From assembly GCF_043950625.1 (NCBI RefSeq), contig NZ_CP171007.1: a stretch of DNA of 32,000 nt. One strand, given 5' to 3'. Each line of letters opens with the position of its first letter. The first letter of the stretch is position 1. The translations under genes were made by a program, and so were the position numbers. Below, piece after piece: positions 1-9,240 of this stretch. Under the pieces are notes generated by a model. The model saw only the letters and a program-made list of their open reading frames with translations, had not been told where the DNA came from and searched no databases. Origin of the DNA: Alkanindiges sp. WGS2144. Its GTDB lineage: Bacteria; Pseudomonadota; Gammaproteobacteria; Pseudomonadales; Moraxellaceae.

Positions 1-366
1 AAGAGCAAACAAATCATAGGAGTAGATATATCGTCTGGCAGTCAGCATGATATTAAATTGGCAAGAAAAACAGTAAAAAAATTCAAACATTTTGAATATG
101 TTATGACCGATTTAGGGTACTATGGGTTAGAGCAAGATGGCTTTAAATTATTGATGCCAATAAAGAAAAAGAAGAATTTACCCTTATTTGATGTTGAGAA
201 AAAGTACAATAAAATGATTGGAAAAATACGAGTTGTAATCGAACATATTAACAGTCAATTGAAAAGATTTAGAATACTAAGTGAACGCTATCGAAATCGA
301 CGGAAAAGATTCGGTTTACGCATTAACTTAATCGCTGCACTGGTAAACCGGATGAACTTGCAATAA
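1..366 (+). CDS. DDE transposase, IS4/IS5 superfamily, C-terminal part (5' end outside window)
   Basis: Frame 1 is open from base 1 (KSKQIIGVDISSGSQHDIKLARKTV...), so the listed 58..366 ORF (TTG start) is only the tail of a longer gene. DLGYYG ... IRVVIEHINSQLKRFRIL..RYRNRRKRF resembles the D...E / RY-R-N-R C-terminal region of IS5-like DDE transposases. The region is visibly AT-rich compared with the rest of the window. Confidence 0.75.
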   Translation, partial: KSKQIIGVDISSGSQHDIKLARKTVKKFKHFEYVMTDLGYYGLEQDGFKLLMPIKKKKNLPLFDVEKKYNKMIGKIRVVIEHINSQLKRFRILSERYRNRRKRFGLRINLIAALVNRMNLQ

Positions 367-420
367 CGACTTTCGCAAGAGGTCTATTCAACAGCAGGGC
401 CTGTTTGACAGTAAAACACA
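1..420 (+). mobile_element. Right-hand portion of an insertion sequence; outer boundary not determinable (partner inverted repeat lies outside window)
   Basis: The transposase stop is at 364-366. An IS end is expected within a few tens of bp, but no terminal inverted repeat can be verified without the left end. Confidence 0.4.
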
Positions 421-427
421 ACGATAA

Positions 428-613
428 CTAGTTGGGCTTGCTAGTAACCATGGATACCGATACAGGTTTTTCAGCGGCAGTATTGCTGGCATCAAGGCTA
501 ACTTCACCTTCATAACCATAAAAATGCGCTTTGATGATAGTTCCTATACGACCTACTATTACTGCCATCATAAAAGCTAACACGGGATAAAGAATCACAG
601 GAATTGTTGACAT
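428..613 (-). CDS. hypothetical small membrane protein (61 aa, one N-terminal TM helix)
   Basis: ORF-track protein MSTIPVILYPVLAFMMAVIVGRIGTII... has a hydrophobic N-terminus. On the minus strand AGAGG lies 9 nt upstream of the ATG (tttagAGAGGtcaaaaattATG). I recognise no family. Confidence 0.4.
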   Translation of the reverse strand: MSTIPVILYPVLAFMMAVIVGRIGTIIKAHFYGYEGEVSLDASNTAAEKPVSVSMVTSKPN

Positions 614-706
614 AATTTTTGACCTCTAAAAATTATTAAAAATATGAGCACAGCCACGTCACTCATGCTTTAAATTTAATTATTTTTTGATCAAAGTGGG
701 AGAAAA

Positions 707-758
707 TTGTCAGACAAACCAAGTTAAGCTACATTTATTTTCATATGTTGTCAGACAA
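707..758. promoter_or_regulatory. Two exact copies of the 11-bp perfect palindrome TTGTCAGACAA (707-717 and 748-758); candidate operator pair
   Basis: Read directly: TTGTC-A-GACAA is self-complementary. The centres are 41 bp apart, inside the 323-bp AT-rich spacer upstream of the 428-613 ORF. Confidence 0.45.
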
Positions 759-880
759 TTTATCTATAGTTTATTGACCTAATCCTATTTTATTGTTTTT
801 TAAAAAGATAATATTAAGATTATAAATTGGGAAGCACTATCACTGCCCAACAGATTTGACCCTGTTCAGGTTATCATTTG

Positions 881-907
881 TAAAAATAAAGCCTGTCAAA
901 GCAGGCT
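881..907 (-). terminator. Rho-independent terminator downstream of the DUF937 gene
   Basis: The minus strand reads AGCCTG-ctttga-CAGGCT followed by ttatttta, 30 nt after the stop at 937. Confidence 0.6.
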
Positions 908-936
908 ATTAGGTATTTTAACCGAAATTCTACAAT

Positions 937-1527
937 CTAAATATTAGTTAGCCGGTTTAAAATATTGTTGATTTCAATATCAACGCTGGAGAGACTCTCA
1001 CTTTCGTGGCTGGTGGTCAACGTATCAATGACCTGAGGCAATACCGTAGCCAGCCCCGTGCGTACTGTATCAACCTGTACCGAGCACTGCTGTGCAACAC
1101 GCTCCAGCTGTTCTTGCGAAAACAGGCCGTTTAGCATCTCTGGCATAATACGCTCATTCACCCCGCTGCCTATCCATGACTGTACCTGTACAGCCAGTCC
1201 GTTTTGCTCCAGTACAGCCAGGGCAGCTAATAATCCACCGTGCTGCCTGATCCAGTTTAATACCAGTGGAATCAACCGCAGTAGAAAAATGGCCTGATGC
1301 TGAGGCTGGGTAAAAGACACCTCATGCAAATGATCGCCTGCCAACGCCCCTAATGCCGAATCAATCACCCGGTTAACGGCTGAAGTATCAATATGAGCCG
1401 GATCAGTATGGGCAACCTGATCATGTCTAGTGCCCAAGCCCAGCACGGTACTGTCGCTTGTGCCTATAGGCCTGTCCTGGCTGGCTCGATGAATTAAAAC
1501 ATCAACAATGTGGCTTAATGTCGTCAT
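937..1527 (-). CDS. DUF937 / YidB-like protein
   Basis: The C-terminal half (GGLLAALAVLEQNGLAVQVQSWIGSGVNERIMPEMLNGLFSQEQLERVAQQ...LATVLPQVIDTLT) matches the YidB/DUF937 pattern (GL..L...GL...V.SWIG.G.N..I). The start was chosen at MTTLSHIV (ATG 1527) behind AAGGAG. The ORF is open to a GTG at 1590, so the start is uncertain. Confidence 0.7.
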   Translation of the reverse strand: MTTLSHIVDVLIHRASQDRPIGTSDSTVLGLGTRHDQVAHTDPAHIDTSAVNRVIDSALGALAGDHLHEVSFTQPQHQAIFLLRLIPLVLNWIRQHGGLLAALAVLEQNGLAVQVQSWIGSGVNERIMPEMLNGLFSQEQLERVAQQCSVQVDTVRTGLATVLPQVIDTLTTSHESESLSSVDIEINNILNRLTNI

Positions 1528-1661
1528 AATTACACCCTGCTCCTTTGCGCTATTTTTGGCGTGACCATTCATCACGCATCTTTTAATCACTATACAAACA
1601 AGCGCTCAGCAGGAGCACCATTGTTTTGATGCTTTGCTGTAAGTAAGTGATTCTTTTAGGC

Positions 1662-2084
1662 TTAGTTAAGCAGATTTTGTTGTGAGTTTTTTAAAAAGGC
1701 CAGTACAGTTAAGCGACGCCATTGCTCTGGTTCTACCTGGTCACGCCAAAACAATAAATGGTATTTCTTGTGCCCATGACCAAGCTGTAATGAAACCCAA
1801 AGACTTGTGCGTCTAATTTGTAGTAACTGTCCTGTTTGACGCTGGCTGCTTCCCTGCACCTGCCAGCACCAGACAGAGTCGTCCCGCTGCCAGAACTGGT
1901 TAATTCGCTGCTGATGCTTTTGCTTTAAATAAATATAGTCCAGGCCTAAAAAAGCCAAGGCAAGACCAATGTTCAACAACAGGCCTAAGCCACTTTGTAA
2001 AATCAATACCAGAACAACAATGATACCGATGCCATGAAATAGGTACTGAAGCACCCCTGGGTGAATCCGGGCATCAACCAGCAT
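1662..2084 (-). CDS. ygfX: YgfX/CptA-family inner-membrane protein (DUF1434)
   Basis: 140 aa with two N-terminal TM helices (GIGIIVVLVLILQSGLGLLLNIGLALAFLGL) followed by a Trp/Gln/Arg-rich soluble domain. It sits 13 nt downstream of sdhE, the same order as E. coli ygfY-ygfX. Confidence 0.65.
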   Translation of the reverse strand: MLVDARIHPGVLQYLFHGIGIIVVLVLILQSGLGLLLNIGLALAFLGLDYIYLKQKHQQRINQFWQRDDSVWCWQVQGSSQRQTGQLLQIRRTSLWVSLQLGHGHKKYHLLFWRDQVEPEQWRRLTVLAFLKNSQQNLLN

Positions 2085-2097
2085 GGTCAGTTACAGC

Positions 2098-2364
2098 TCA
2101 TGAACGATCAGCATGAATCAGCGCTTTGAGTTTTTCGACCATGTCGGCCAGTTCAGGCTGCGGTGGTGTACTCACTGCCATAAACCAGTCCAGCAGATCA
2201 GGGTCTTCCTGTTCAATGAGTGCCGCAAATGCCTGCTTCTCCTCCTGAGGTGCAGTCAAATAATGCTGACGTACATAGGGATCAAAATAAATATCCAGCT
2301 CTTTGAGTCCCCGCCGCGCACGATAAATGACCTTGCGGTCATGCAAACTGATGTCGTCAGTCAT
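2098..2364 (-). CDS. sdhE: FAD assembly factor SdhE (succinate dehydrogenase flavinylation; YgfY/CptB)
   Basis: MTDDISLHDRKVIYRARRGLKELDIYFDPY... carries the RGxxE motif, with DLLDW further on. The start was taken at ATG 2364, giving the ~88-aa size typical of SdhE. The ORF-track 111-aa version adds an unsupported N-terminal extension. Confidence 0.85.
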   Translation of the reverse strand: MTDDISLHDRKVIYRARRGLKELDIYFDPYVRQHYLTAPQEEKQAFAALIEQEDPDLLDWFMAVSTPPQPELADMVEKLKALIHADRS

Positions 2365-2615
2365 ACGGTTATTCCTAAATTTTGCCGCAAATTCAAGCGC
2401 TGGCATACTGCCATGCAAGCCATAGTGTAGCATGCATGCCTTTGCTCAGCATGGCATTTGCAGCGTACGATCCAGTCTCAATATTGGCAAAAACATTAGT
2501 AATGACTCAATTTTTGGCAATAAAACCCATTGTTGCCAGCCCCGTAATCTTTTTAACTGTCATACCGACTTTTTGTACTTTGCTGACTCAAAATCAATTA
2601 TCTGTAAGGAATACC

Positions 2616-3791
2616 ATGAGCGCTGTTAATCTTATTCGTCCATTACCGCCAATGGCCCCCCGCACTATTTATAATGAAGAGCATGAAGCCTTTCGTGATA
2701 CCGCACGCCGTTTTTTTGAAACCGAAATTGCACCTTTTCATGAAAAATGGGCTGAACAGCAGCATTTAGACCGCAACATCTGGAATAAAGCCGGTGAGCT
2801 AGGTCTGCTGTGTTCCACCATGCCGGAGCAATACGGCGGTAGTGGCGTGGATCGCCTCTATAGTGCCATCCTGATGGAAGAACAGGCCTATGCATTGGAT
2901 TCTGCTTCTGGCTTCGCGCTGCATTCTGACATTGTGGCCAACTATATTTTAAACTTCGGTAATGAAGAACAAAAAATGGCCTGGTTGCCTAAAATGGCGA
3001 CTGGTGAAGTAGTGGGTGCCATTGCCATGACTGAGCCGGGTACCGGTTCTGATTTGCAAGGTATTCGCACTACCGCGGTGGTTGATGGCGACGACTATAT
3101 TGTCAATGGCTCCAAAATCTTTATCACCAATGGTTACCTATGTGATATGGCTGTGGTTGCAGTGAAAACCGGCACCAGCGAGAAAGGCGCACAAAATATT
3201 TCCCTGCTGATTATGGATGCCAAAGCAGAAGGATTTACCAAAGGCAAACCACTGAAGAAACTGGGCATGCACGGCCAGGATACCTGTGAGCTGTTCTTTG
3301 ACAATGTGCGTGTACCAAAAACCAACCTGCTGGGTATGGAAGGTATGGGCTTTATTATGCTGATGAAAGAGCTGGCCTGGGAACGTTTAATGGTAGGCTT
3401 AATGTCGCAAGCTGCGGCTGAAGTCGTATTTGCTCATACCGTACAATACACCAAGGAACGTAAAGCCTTTGGCAAGCCAATTGGCGCATTCCAGAATACC
3501 CGCTTTAAGCTGGCTGAACTGCGTACCAAGATTGATATTGGCCGTGCCTACGCTGATCGCTGCATGCAGCTACAAGTAGAAAATGCTTTAAGTGTGGAAG
3601 CTGCTGCGGCTGCCAAATACTGGCTGTCTGATATGGTCAATGAAATTGTAGATGACTGCGTACAGTTGCATGGCGGCTATGGCTTTATGATGGAATATCC
3701 AGTTGCCCGTGCCTACGTGGATAACCGTGCTCATCGTATTTATGCGGGTACCAATGAAATCATGAAAGAATTGATTTCGCGTACTTTGTAA
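2616..3791 (+). CDS. acyl-CoA dehydrogenase
   Basis: [27 protein letters not shown] and [38 protein letters not shown] are classic ACAD motifs. The start is at ATG 2616 ([10 protein letters not shown]...), 5 nt after AAGGA. The upstream part of ORF 2382..3791 overlaps the sdhE 5' region and has no ACAD similarity. Confidence 0.9.
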   Translation: MSAVNLIRPLPPMAPRTIYNEEHEAFRDTARRFFETEIAPFHEKWAEQQHLDRNIWNKAGELGLLCSTMPEQYGGSGVDRLYSAILMEEQAYALDSASGFALHSDIVANYILNFGNEEQKMAWLPKMATGEVVGAIAMTEPGTGSDLQGIRTTAVVDGDDYIVNGSKIFITNGYLCDMAVVAVKTGTSEKGAQNISLLIMDAKAEGFTKGKPLKKLGMHGQDTCELFFDNVRVPKTNLLGMEGMGFIMLMKELAWERLMVGLMSQAAAEVVFAHTVQYTKERKAFGKPIGAFQNTRFKLAELRTKIDIGRAYADRCMQLQVENALSVEAAAAAKYWLSDMVNEIVDDCVQLHGGYGFMMEYPVARAYVDNRAHRIYAGTNEIMKELISRTL

Positions 3792-3812
3792 GCCTGCTGT
3801 AGTAAAAATATC

Positions 3813-3849
3813 AAAAGGCTATCCTTATTTTTTAGGATAGCCTTTTTTT
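3813..3849 (+). terminator. Rho-independent terminator of the acyl-CoA dehydrogenase gene
   Basis: AAAAGGCTATCCT-tatttttt-AGGATAGCCTTTT with a 7-T run, 22 nt after the stop codon. The A-run on the left could allow bidirectional function. Confidence 0.85.
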
Positions 3850-4024
3850 CTTTGCTTAAATTTTATCTATCCTTTAACTTTAAACTGATTAACTTGACCG
3901 TACAACTAACGGCTATTGTTTAACTAACTTATAAAACTCACTAGAGAGATTATCCGGAAAACAAAATGCATAAAGCCGGACTAATCATTAGCCCAGCTTT
4001 GATTAAATGATTTTTCAGGCCAAA

Positions 4025-5524
4025 TCAGGACGCTAAGCGTGGCTTACGTGCCTGAGTATCACTGCGCTTATGAAACTTGAGTACGCTATCGCTAAACTCG
4101 GCATTTTTTAGCTCCTTACGATCCGCCAGGTAATTATTAGTCACCTGCCAAGGCGCATGCTTGCCTTGTTTGGGCATGCTGTCAGCAGCACGGGCAATAT
4201 AACCCGAGGTCAGGCGCCCCATAATGGTGTCTTCCATGAGCTCAGTTGCATCACCCTGCGCCACCACCTCATCCAGAGCGTTTTTATCCATATGATTGAG
4301 CAGGCGGCAAATATACTCAGCGGCAATATCTACCTTTAAGGTCCACGAGGCATTAATATAACCAATAATCATGGCCATATTGGGGATATCACTTAACAGC
4401 ACCCCTTTATACATCATGTGCTTGGAGGTATCGATCGGCTTGTTATCAATGGTCGCTTTCACGCCACCCATAATCTGAATGTTAAGACCGGTCGCCGATA
4501 CAATAATATCTGCATCCAAATGCTTGCCAGATTTAAGCAAAATCCCGTTTTCAGTGAGTTTCTCAATCTGGTCAGTTTCAACACTCGCCTTACCCGAACG
4601 TAGAATCTTGAACAAATCACCATCTGGCACCACGCACAGGCGCTGATCCCATGGGTTATAGTCCGGGGTAAAGTGCTTCATATCCACTTTACCTTTTAGC
4701 TGCATTTCAATGGATTTTAATAACAGTCTGCGTAGCAGTTTAGGCTGTTTTTGTGCCAGTGCATAAATTCCACGCTGCATGCCAATATTACGCGCACGTG
4801 TCAGTTTATAAGCTAAATCTTCTGGTAAGACCTTACGCATTCTTTCATAAAGAAAGTCAATCGAAGGAATGGACGCAATATAAGTAGGCGAACGTTGTAG
4901 CATAGTCACATGACCTGCCCCACCTTTTGCCATTGCAGGAACCAGCGTAATGGCAGTTGCGCCACTACCAATAATCACTACTTTTTTGCCACTGTAATCC
5001 AGATTTTCCGGCCAATGCTGTGGGTGAATAAACTCACCCTTAAACGCTGACTGATTAGGGAACTCAGGTTGGAAGCCCTGATCGTAATTATAATAACCAG
5101 TACAACCAACCACAAAATTGGCTGTCCAGGTTTGCTTTTTGCCCTGATCATTTTCAATTTCGACTGACCATTGCTTTTGCTGGCTATCATAGTTGGCAGA
5201 CAGTACGCGGTGTTTAAAATGGATCTTTTCTTTTAACTTGAACTGCTCAATCACCTCGCCCACATAGCCCTTGATTGAAGGGCCATCTGCCAGCACATTG
5301 GCCTTTTGCCAGGGTTTAAAATTAAAGCCAAAGGTTGACATATCCGAGTCAGAGCGAATACCAGGGTATTTGAACAAATCCCAAGTACCACCAAAACTCT
5401 CCCGACGCTCAATAATGCTAAAGTCACGGTTTGGGCAATGCTTTGACAAATGCGCGGCCATGCCAATCCCTGAAATCCCAGCGCCAATAATTAATACATC
5501 AATATGTTGAGCCATTTGTGTCAT
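4025..5524 (-). CDS. flavin-containing Baeyer-Villiger-type monooxygenase (AlmA/EthA-like)
   Basis: N-terminal FAD Rossmann VLIIGAGISGIG, BVMO fingerprint FxGxxxHxxxWP as FKGEFIHPQHWP, and a second dinucleotide fold VVIIGSGATAITL. At 499 aa it is close to Acinetobacter AlmA-group enzymes. Confidence 0.85.
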   Translation of the reverse strand: MTQMAQHIDVLIIGAGISGIGMAAHLSKHCPNRDFSIIERRESFGGTWDLFKYPGIRSDSDMSTFGFNFKPWQKANVLADGPSIKGYVGEVIEQFKLKEKIHFKHRVLSANYDSQQKQWSVEIENDQGKKQTWTANFVVGCTGYYNYDQGFQPEFPNQSAFKGEFIHPQHWPENLDYSGKKVVIIGSGATAITLVPAMAKGGAGHVTMLQRSPTYIASIPSIDFLYERMRKVLPEDLAYKLTRARNIGMQRGIYALAQKQPKLLRRLLLKSIEMQLKGKVDMKHFTPDYNPWDQRLCVVPDGDLFKILRSGKASVETDQIEKLTENGILLKSGKHLDADIIVSATGLNIQIMGGVKATIDNKPIDTSKHMMYKGVLLSDIPNMAMIIGYINASWTLKVDIAAEYICRLLNHMDKNALDEVVAQGDATELMEDTIMGRLTSGYIARAADSMPKQGKHAPWQVTNNYLADRKELKNAEFSDSVLKFHKRSDTQARKPRLAS

Positions 5525-5546
5525 TAGTCCGAGTTAATCTTTTCAA

Positions 5547-5575
5547 AAAATAGTCTTTAAACTGACAATAGTCAA
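5547..5575 (-). promoter_or_regulatory. Candidate sigma70 promoter for the monooxygenase gene
   Basis: Minus strand: TTGACT (5575-5570), 17-nt spacer, TATTTT (5552-5547), about 23 nt upstream of the ATG at 5524. This is a sequence match only. Confidence 0.35.
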
Positions 5576-5630
5576 TGTCAATTTAGGACATTTCCTTTAT
5601 CTACAAAGATAATTTACAAGGCCAGACTTA

Positions 5631-6320
5631 TTAGTTGGCTGATTTCAGGGTGTGCATACGGGCAACTAACCAGGCTGCAATATCGTCAACCTCTTGCATA
5701 CACACCTCATGCGCCATCGGATAGTGATGCCATACCGGCTGCACGCCTAACTCTTTTAGTTGCGCAAAAGCCTGCTGAGCCAAAGCGGGACTAACCACTT
5801 CATCATCCAGTCCGTGCGCGACAAAAACAGGCAATTGACATTGCACCGAATTAAACTGCTGCTCTATTAAATGTTTATCCGGGATATAAGTAGAAAGAGC
5901 CAGCACCCCAGCCAGACGCTCGCTATAGGTTAAAGCGGTCTGGTAAGCAATTGCACCGCCCTGAGAAAAACCAGCCAGAAAAATACGCTCAGCAGGAATA
6001 CCCCGTTCATTTTCGCGTTGAATAAACTGGTTAACCTGAGCAACACTCTGCTGAATGCCAGTCAAATCCACCTTACGGCTTAATATATTCATCTCCAGAA
6101 TATCGTACCACGCTGGCATCACATAGCCTGCATTCACAGTGACTGGGATATGCGGTGCATTGGGAAAAATAAACCGGGTAGGAAATTGGACAGGTAGCTT
6201 TAAGGCGGGCACCACAGGTACAAAATCATTGGCATCGGCACCAAGGCCATGCAGCCAGATCACAGAAAAGCAGGGCGCGCTACCCGTGCTTAGCTCTAAA
6301 GCCGATAATAACTGAGCCAT
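5631..6320 (-). CDS. carboxylesterase / phospholipase-family alpha/beta hydrolase
   Basis: Nucleophile elbow GFSQGG, WLHGLGAD near the N-terminus and a late HG..D..V segment. The start was taken at ATG 6320 (MAQLLSALEL...), because the ORF-track GTG start at 6374 lies inside the rplQ terminator hairpin. Confidence 0.85.
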   Translation of the reverse strand: MAQLLSALELSTGSAPCFSVIWLHGLGADANDFVPVVPALKLPVQFPTRFIFPNAPHIPVTVNAGYVMPAWYDILEMNILSRKVDLTGIQQSVAQVNQFIQRENERGIPAERIFLAGFSQGGAIAYQTALTYSERLAGVLALSTYIPDKHLIEQQFNSVQCQLPVFVAHGLDDEVVSPALAQQAFAQLKELGVQPVWHHYPMAHEVCMQEVDDIAAWLVARMHTLKSAN

Positions 6321-6360
6321 AATAACAATAGGAAAATTGGAATTATTAGGGTTATAACAT

Positions 6361-6389
6361 AAAAAAACCGGCACAAGGCCGGCTTTTTC
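6361..6389 (-). terminator. Rho-independent terminator ending the alpha operon (after rplQ)
   Basis: The minus strand reads aaGCCGG-ccttgt-gCCGGttttttt (CCGGC/GCCGG stem, 7-T run), 12 nt after the rplQ stop. An A-run on one side and a T-run on the other suggest bidirectional function. Confidence 0.7.
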
Positions 6390-6400
6390 TACTGTACTAC

Positions 6401-6781
6401 TTATTCAGCAACAGGTTGCTCTAGGGAGCGATCCACTAGCTCAACATAGGCCATTGGTGCAGCATCACCAGCACGGAAACCGGCTTTTAATACACGCAAA
6501 TAGCCACCTTGACGCTCTTTATAGCGAGGGCCAAGCTCAGTAAATAACTTACCAACAACTGCTGCATTACGAGTACGGGCAAAAGCCAGACGACGGTTTG
6601 CAACAGTATCATGCTTTGCCAAAGTGATTAAAGGCTCAGCCACACGGCGCAGCTCTTTAGCTTTAGGCAAAGTTGTTTTGATCAGCTCGTGCTCAAACAG
6701 CGAGTTAGCCATGTTCTGGAACATTGCTTTACGGTGGCTGCTGGTACGGCCTAATTTCACACCACTATTACGATGACGCAT
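6401..6781 (-). CDS. rplQ: 50S ribosomal protein L17
   Basis: [24 protein letters not shown]...; last gene of the alpha operon, after rpoA. Confidence 0.98.
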   Translation of the reverse strand: MRHRNSGVKLGRTSSHRKAMFQNMANSLFEHELIKTTLPKAKELRRVAEPLITLAKHDTVANRRLAFARTRNAAVVGKLFTELGPRYKERQGGYLRVLKAGFRAGDAAPMAYVELVDRSLEQPVAE

Positions 6782-6799
6782 GGTGAATAGTCCTACTAA

Positions 6800-7807
6800 T
6801 TAACGGCTACGATAGGCAAAGCGATCATCCACACGCAAGCTGGCTGGTGGCCAGTTTTCTAAGCGCATGCCGAGCGACAAGCCTTTGGAAGCCAACACAT
6901 CTTTAATCTCGGTCAAAGATTTCTTACCCAGGTTGGGCGTCTTTAACAGCTCAACTTCAGTACGTTGTACGAGATCACCAATGTAGTAAATGTTTTCTGC
7001 CTTCAAACAGTTTGCAGAACGAACGGTAAGTTCCAGATCATCCACAGGGCGCAACAGAATCGGGTCAACTTCTTCACGACTCTGTACTGGCTCAGGGGTA
7101 TGGTCTTTTTGCAGATCCACAAAAATCGCAATCTGTTGCTGCAAAATAGTCGCAGCTTTACGAATTGCTTCTTCAGGATCTACAGTACCATTAGTTTCCA
7201 GATCAATAACTAGCTTGTCCAGGTCAGTGCGCTGCTCAACACGGGCGTTTTCTACCGTGTAGGAAACACGCTTGATCGGGCTATAGCTTGCATCAAGTTG
7301 CAAACGGCCAACCGGACGGGTTTCACCCTCAGGGAAGCGCACGTCAGCAGGCTCATAACCACGACCCTGAGTGACTTTCAGGCGCATTTTTAAATGGCCA
7401 TTGGCACTCAAGGTAGCCAGTACATGATCAGGATTAACAATCTCAACATTATGGGGCAAACGCAAATCCGCAGCAGTAACTTCGCCAGGACCCTGTTTAT
7501 CCAATGTCAGATATGCTTCATTCTGTTCAAACAGTTTAATCGACAATCCTTTAAGGTTCAGCAAGAGCTCGACGATGTCCTGCTGCAAGCCTTCTAAAGT
7601 ACTGTACTCATGCTCAACACCTTCAACTTCCGCCTCAACCACGGCAGCACCGGGCAAGGAAGATAGTAAAATGCGACGCAAGGCATTACCCAGAGTGTGG
7701 CCAAAACCACGCTCTAAAGGCTCGAGAATTACTTTTGCCGAGGTTCCACTCACCGCATCGACCTTGATCGCTTGCGGGGTAAGAAACTCGTTTGCAGTAC
7801 GCGTCAT
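6800..7807 (-). CDS. rpoA: DNA-directed RNA polymerase subunit alpha
   Basis: [16 protein letters not shown]...[20 protein letters not shown]... through the C-terminal domain. ATG 7807 lies 6 nt after GAGGTG. The ORF-track start (GTG 7816) adds 3 residues and is less likely. Confidence 0.97.
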   Translation of the reverse strand: MTRTANEFLTPQAIKVDAVSGTSAKVILEPLERGFGHTLGNALRRILLSSLPGAAVVEAEVEGVEHEYSTLEGLQQDIVELLLNLKGLSIKLFEQNEAYLTLDKQGPGEVTAADLRLPHNVEIVNPDHVLATLSANGHLKMRLKVTQGRGYEPADVRFPEGETRPVGRLQLDASYSPIKRVSYTVENARVEQRTDLDKLVIDLETNGTVDPEEAIRKAATILQQQIAIFVDLQKDHTPEPVQSREEVDPILLRPVDDLELTVRSANCLKAENIYYIGDLVQRTEVELLKTPNLGKKSLTEIKDVLASKGLSLGMRLENWPPASLRVDDRFAYRSR

Positions 7808-7824
7808 AGTTGCCACCTCAAGGA

Positions 7825-8448
7825 TTATTGCGAATAATACTCAACAATTAAGTTTTCGTTGATTTCGGCAGGCAGATCGGAACGATCAGGTGCAGCTTTA
7901 AACGTACCTTCCAGCTTGGTATGATCAACATCCATCCAGCCAGGAATACCGCGCTGAGCACCAAGCTCAATCGCATTCTTGATACGCAGCTGGTTTTTTG
8001 CACCTTCGTGCACAGCAATCACATCACCAGACCTCACCTGAATAGACGCAATGTTTACACGACGACCATTCAAAGTAATGCTGCGGTGGCTAACCAACTG
8101 ACGTGCTTCAGCACGAGTTGAACCAAAGCCCATGCGATATACAACGTTGTCTAAACGGCTTTCTAGCAGCTGTAGCAGGTTCTCACCTGTTGCGCCCTTA
8201 GAGCGAGCAGCTTCTTTGTAGTAGTTACTGAATTGACGCTCTAAAACACCGTACATACGACGTACTTTTTGTTTTTCACGTAATTGTAACGAATACTCAG
8301 ACTGTTTGCCACGGCTTTGGCCATGTTGACCAGGAGCCTTGCCAGCCTTTTTGGTTTTGACGTCAAATGGTTTAACGCCGGATTTTAACTGCAGGTCTGT
8401 CCCTTCGCGGCGGGAGAGCTTGCATTTTGGACCTATATAGCGAGCCAT
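7825..8448 (-). CDS. rpsD: 30S ribosomal protein S4
   Basis: [23 protein letters not shown]... Confidence 0.98.
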   Translation of the reverse strand: MARYIGPKCKLSRREGTDLQLKSGVKPFDVKTKKAGKAPGQHGQSRGKQSEYSLQLREKQKVRRMYGVLERQFSNYYKEAARSKGATGENLLQLLESRLDNVVYRMGFGSTRAEARQLVSHRSITLNGRRVNIASIQVRSGDVIAVHEGAKNQLRIKNAIELGAQRGIPGWMDVDHTKLEGTFKAAPDRSDLPAEINENLIVEYYSQ

Positions 8449-8460
8449 GAATGAGTCTCC

Positions 8461-8847
8461 TTACACGCGACGTTTCTTAGGGGGACGGCAACCGTTGTGC
8501 GGGATAGGCGTCACATCGGTAATGCTGTTAATTTTATAACCCACTGCGCCTAACGCACGTACCGCAGACTCACGACCTGGACCGGGTCCTTTGACAAGAA
8601 CATCCAGATTTTTTAAACCATAGTCCAAAGCAGCCTTACCGGCAACTTCTGCTGCAACCTGGGCAGCAAATGGAGTAGATTTACGCGAGCCACGGAAGCC
8701 CTGTCCACCGGAGGTGGCCCAGGCCAGTGCATTACCCTGACGATCGGTAATGGTCACAATGGTGTTATTAAAAGACGCGTGAATGTGGGCAACCCCTTCC
8801 GAGACGGTCCGCGTGACCTTCTTGCGGGTGCGAGTATCTTTAGCCAT
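8461..8847 (-). CDS. rpsK: 30S ribosomal protein S11
   Basis: ...[31 protein letters not shown]... Confidence 0.98.
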
Positions 8848-8866
8848 CTTTTAGCTTCCAGAGCAA

Positions 8867-9223
8867 TTATTTCTTAATTGGTTTCTTCGGACCCTTGCGA
8901 GTACGAGCGTTAGTTTTGGTGCGCTGACCACGGAGCGGCAAGCCACGGCGATGACGAAGACCACGATAGCAGCCTAAATCCATTAAACGCTTAATGTTCA
9001 TGGAAATTTCACGACGAAGATCACCTTCGGTAGGAACCTTGGCAACTTCGGCACGAATCGCATCTAACTGAGCATCCGTTAACTCACGAATTTTAGTGGT
9101 TGGAACAATACCTACGGCAGACAGAATGTTTGCGGCAGTATGGCGGCCAATACCGAAAATGTAAGTTAAAGAAATGACAGCGTGCTTGTTATCCGGAATG
9201 TTAACACCGGCAATACGAGCCAT
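8867..9223 (-). CDS. rpsM: 30S ribosomal protein S13
   Basis: [26 protein letters not shown]... Confidence 0.98.
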   Translation of the reverse strand: MARIAGVNIPDNKHAVISLTYIFGIGRHTAANILSAVGIVPTTKIRELTDAQLDAIRAEVAKVPTEGDLRREISMNIKRLMDLGCYRGLRHRRGLPLRGQRTKTNARTRKGPKKPIKK

Positions 9224-9240
9224 TCATTTTTCTCCAAAAA

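Noticed and set aside
2382-2615. 78-codon N-terminal extension of the acyl-CoA dehydrogenase ORF
   Set aside because: It overlaps the sdhE 5' end and the divergent promoter region, is hydrophobic junk with no ACAD similarity, and a proper AAGGA-ATG start exists at 2616.
3850-4024. Recurrent TTAACT/AACTAAC words in the convergent spacer between the acyl-CoA dehydrogenase and the monooxygenase
   Set aside because: These are short AT-rich words without consistent spacing or symmetry. The region lies between two gene ends, where no promoter is needed, and the only ORF is 14 codons.
4157-5510. Short ORFs on both strands inside the monooxygenase gene (4157-4339, 4418-4603, 4978-5190, 5251-5487, 5271-5510)
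   Set aside because: They are nested within or antisense to a full-length, motif-complete 499-aa BVMO gene and have no independent support.
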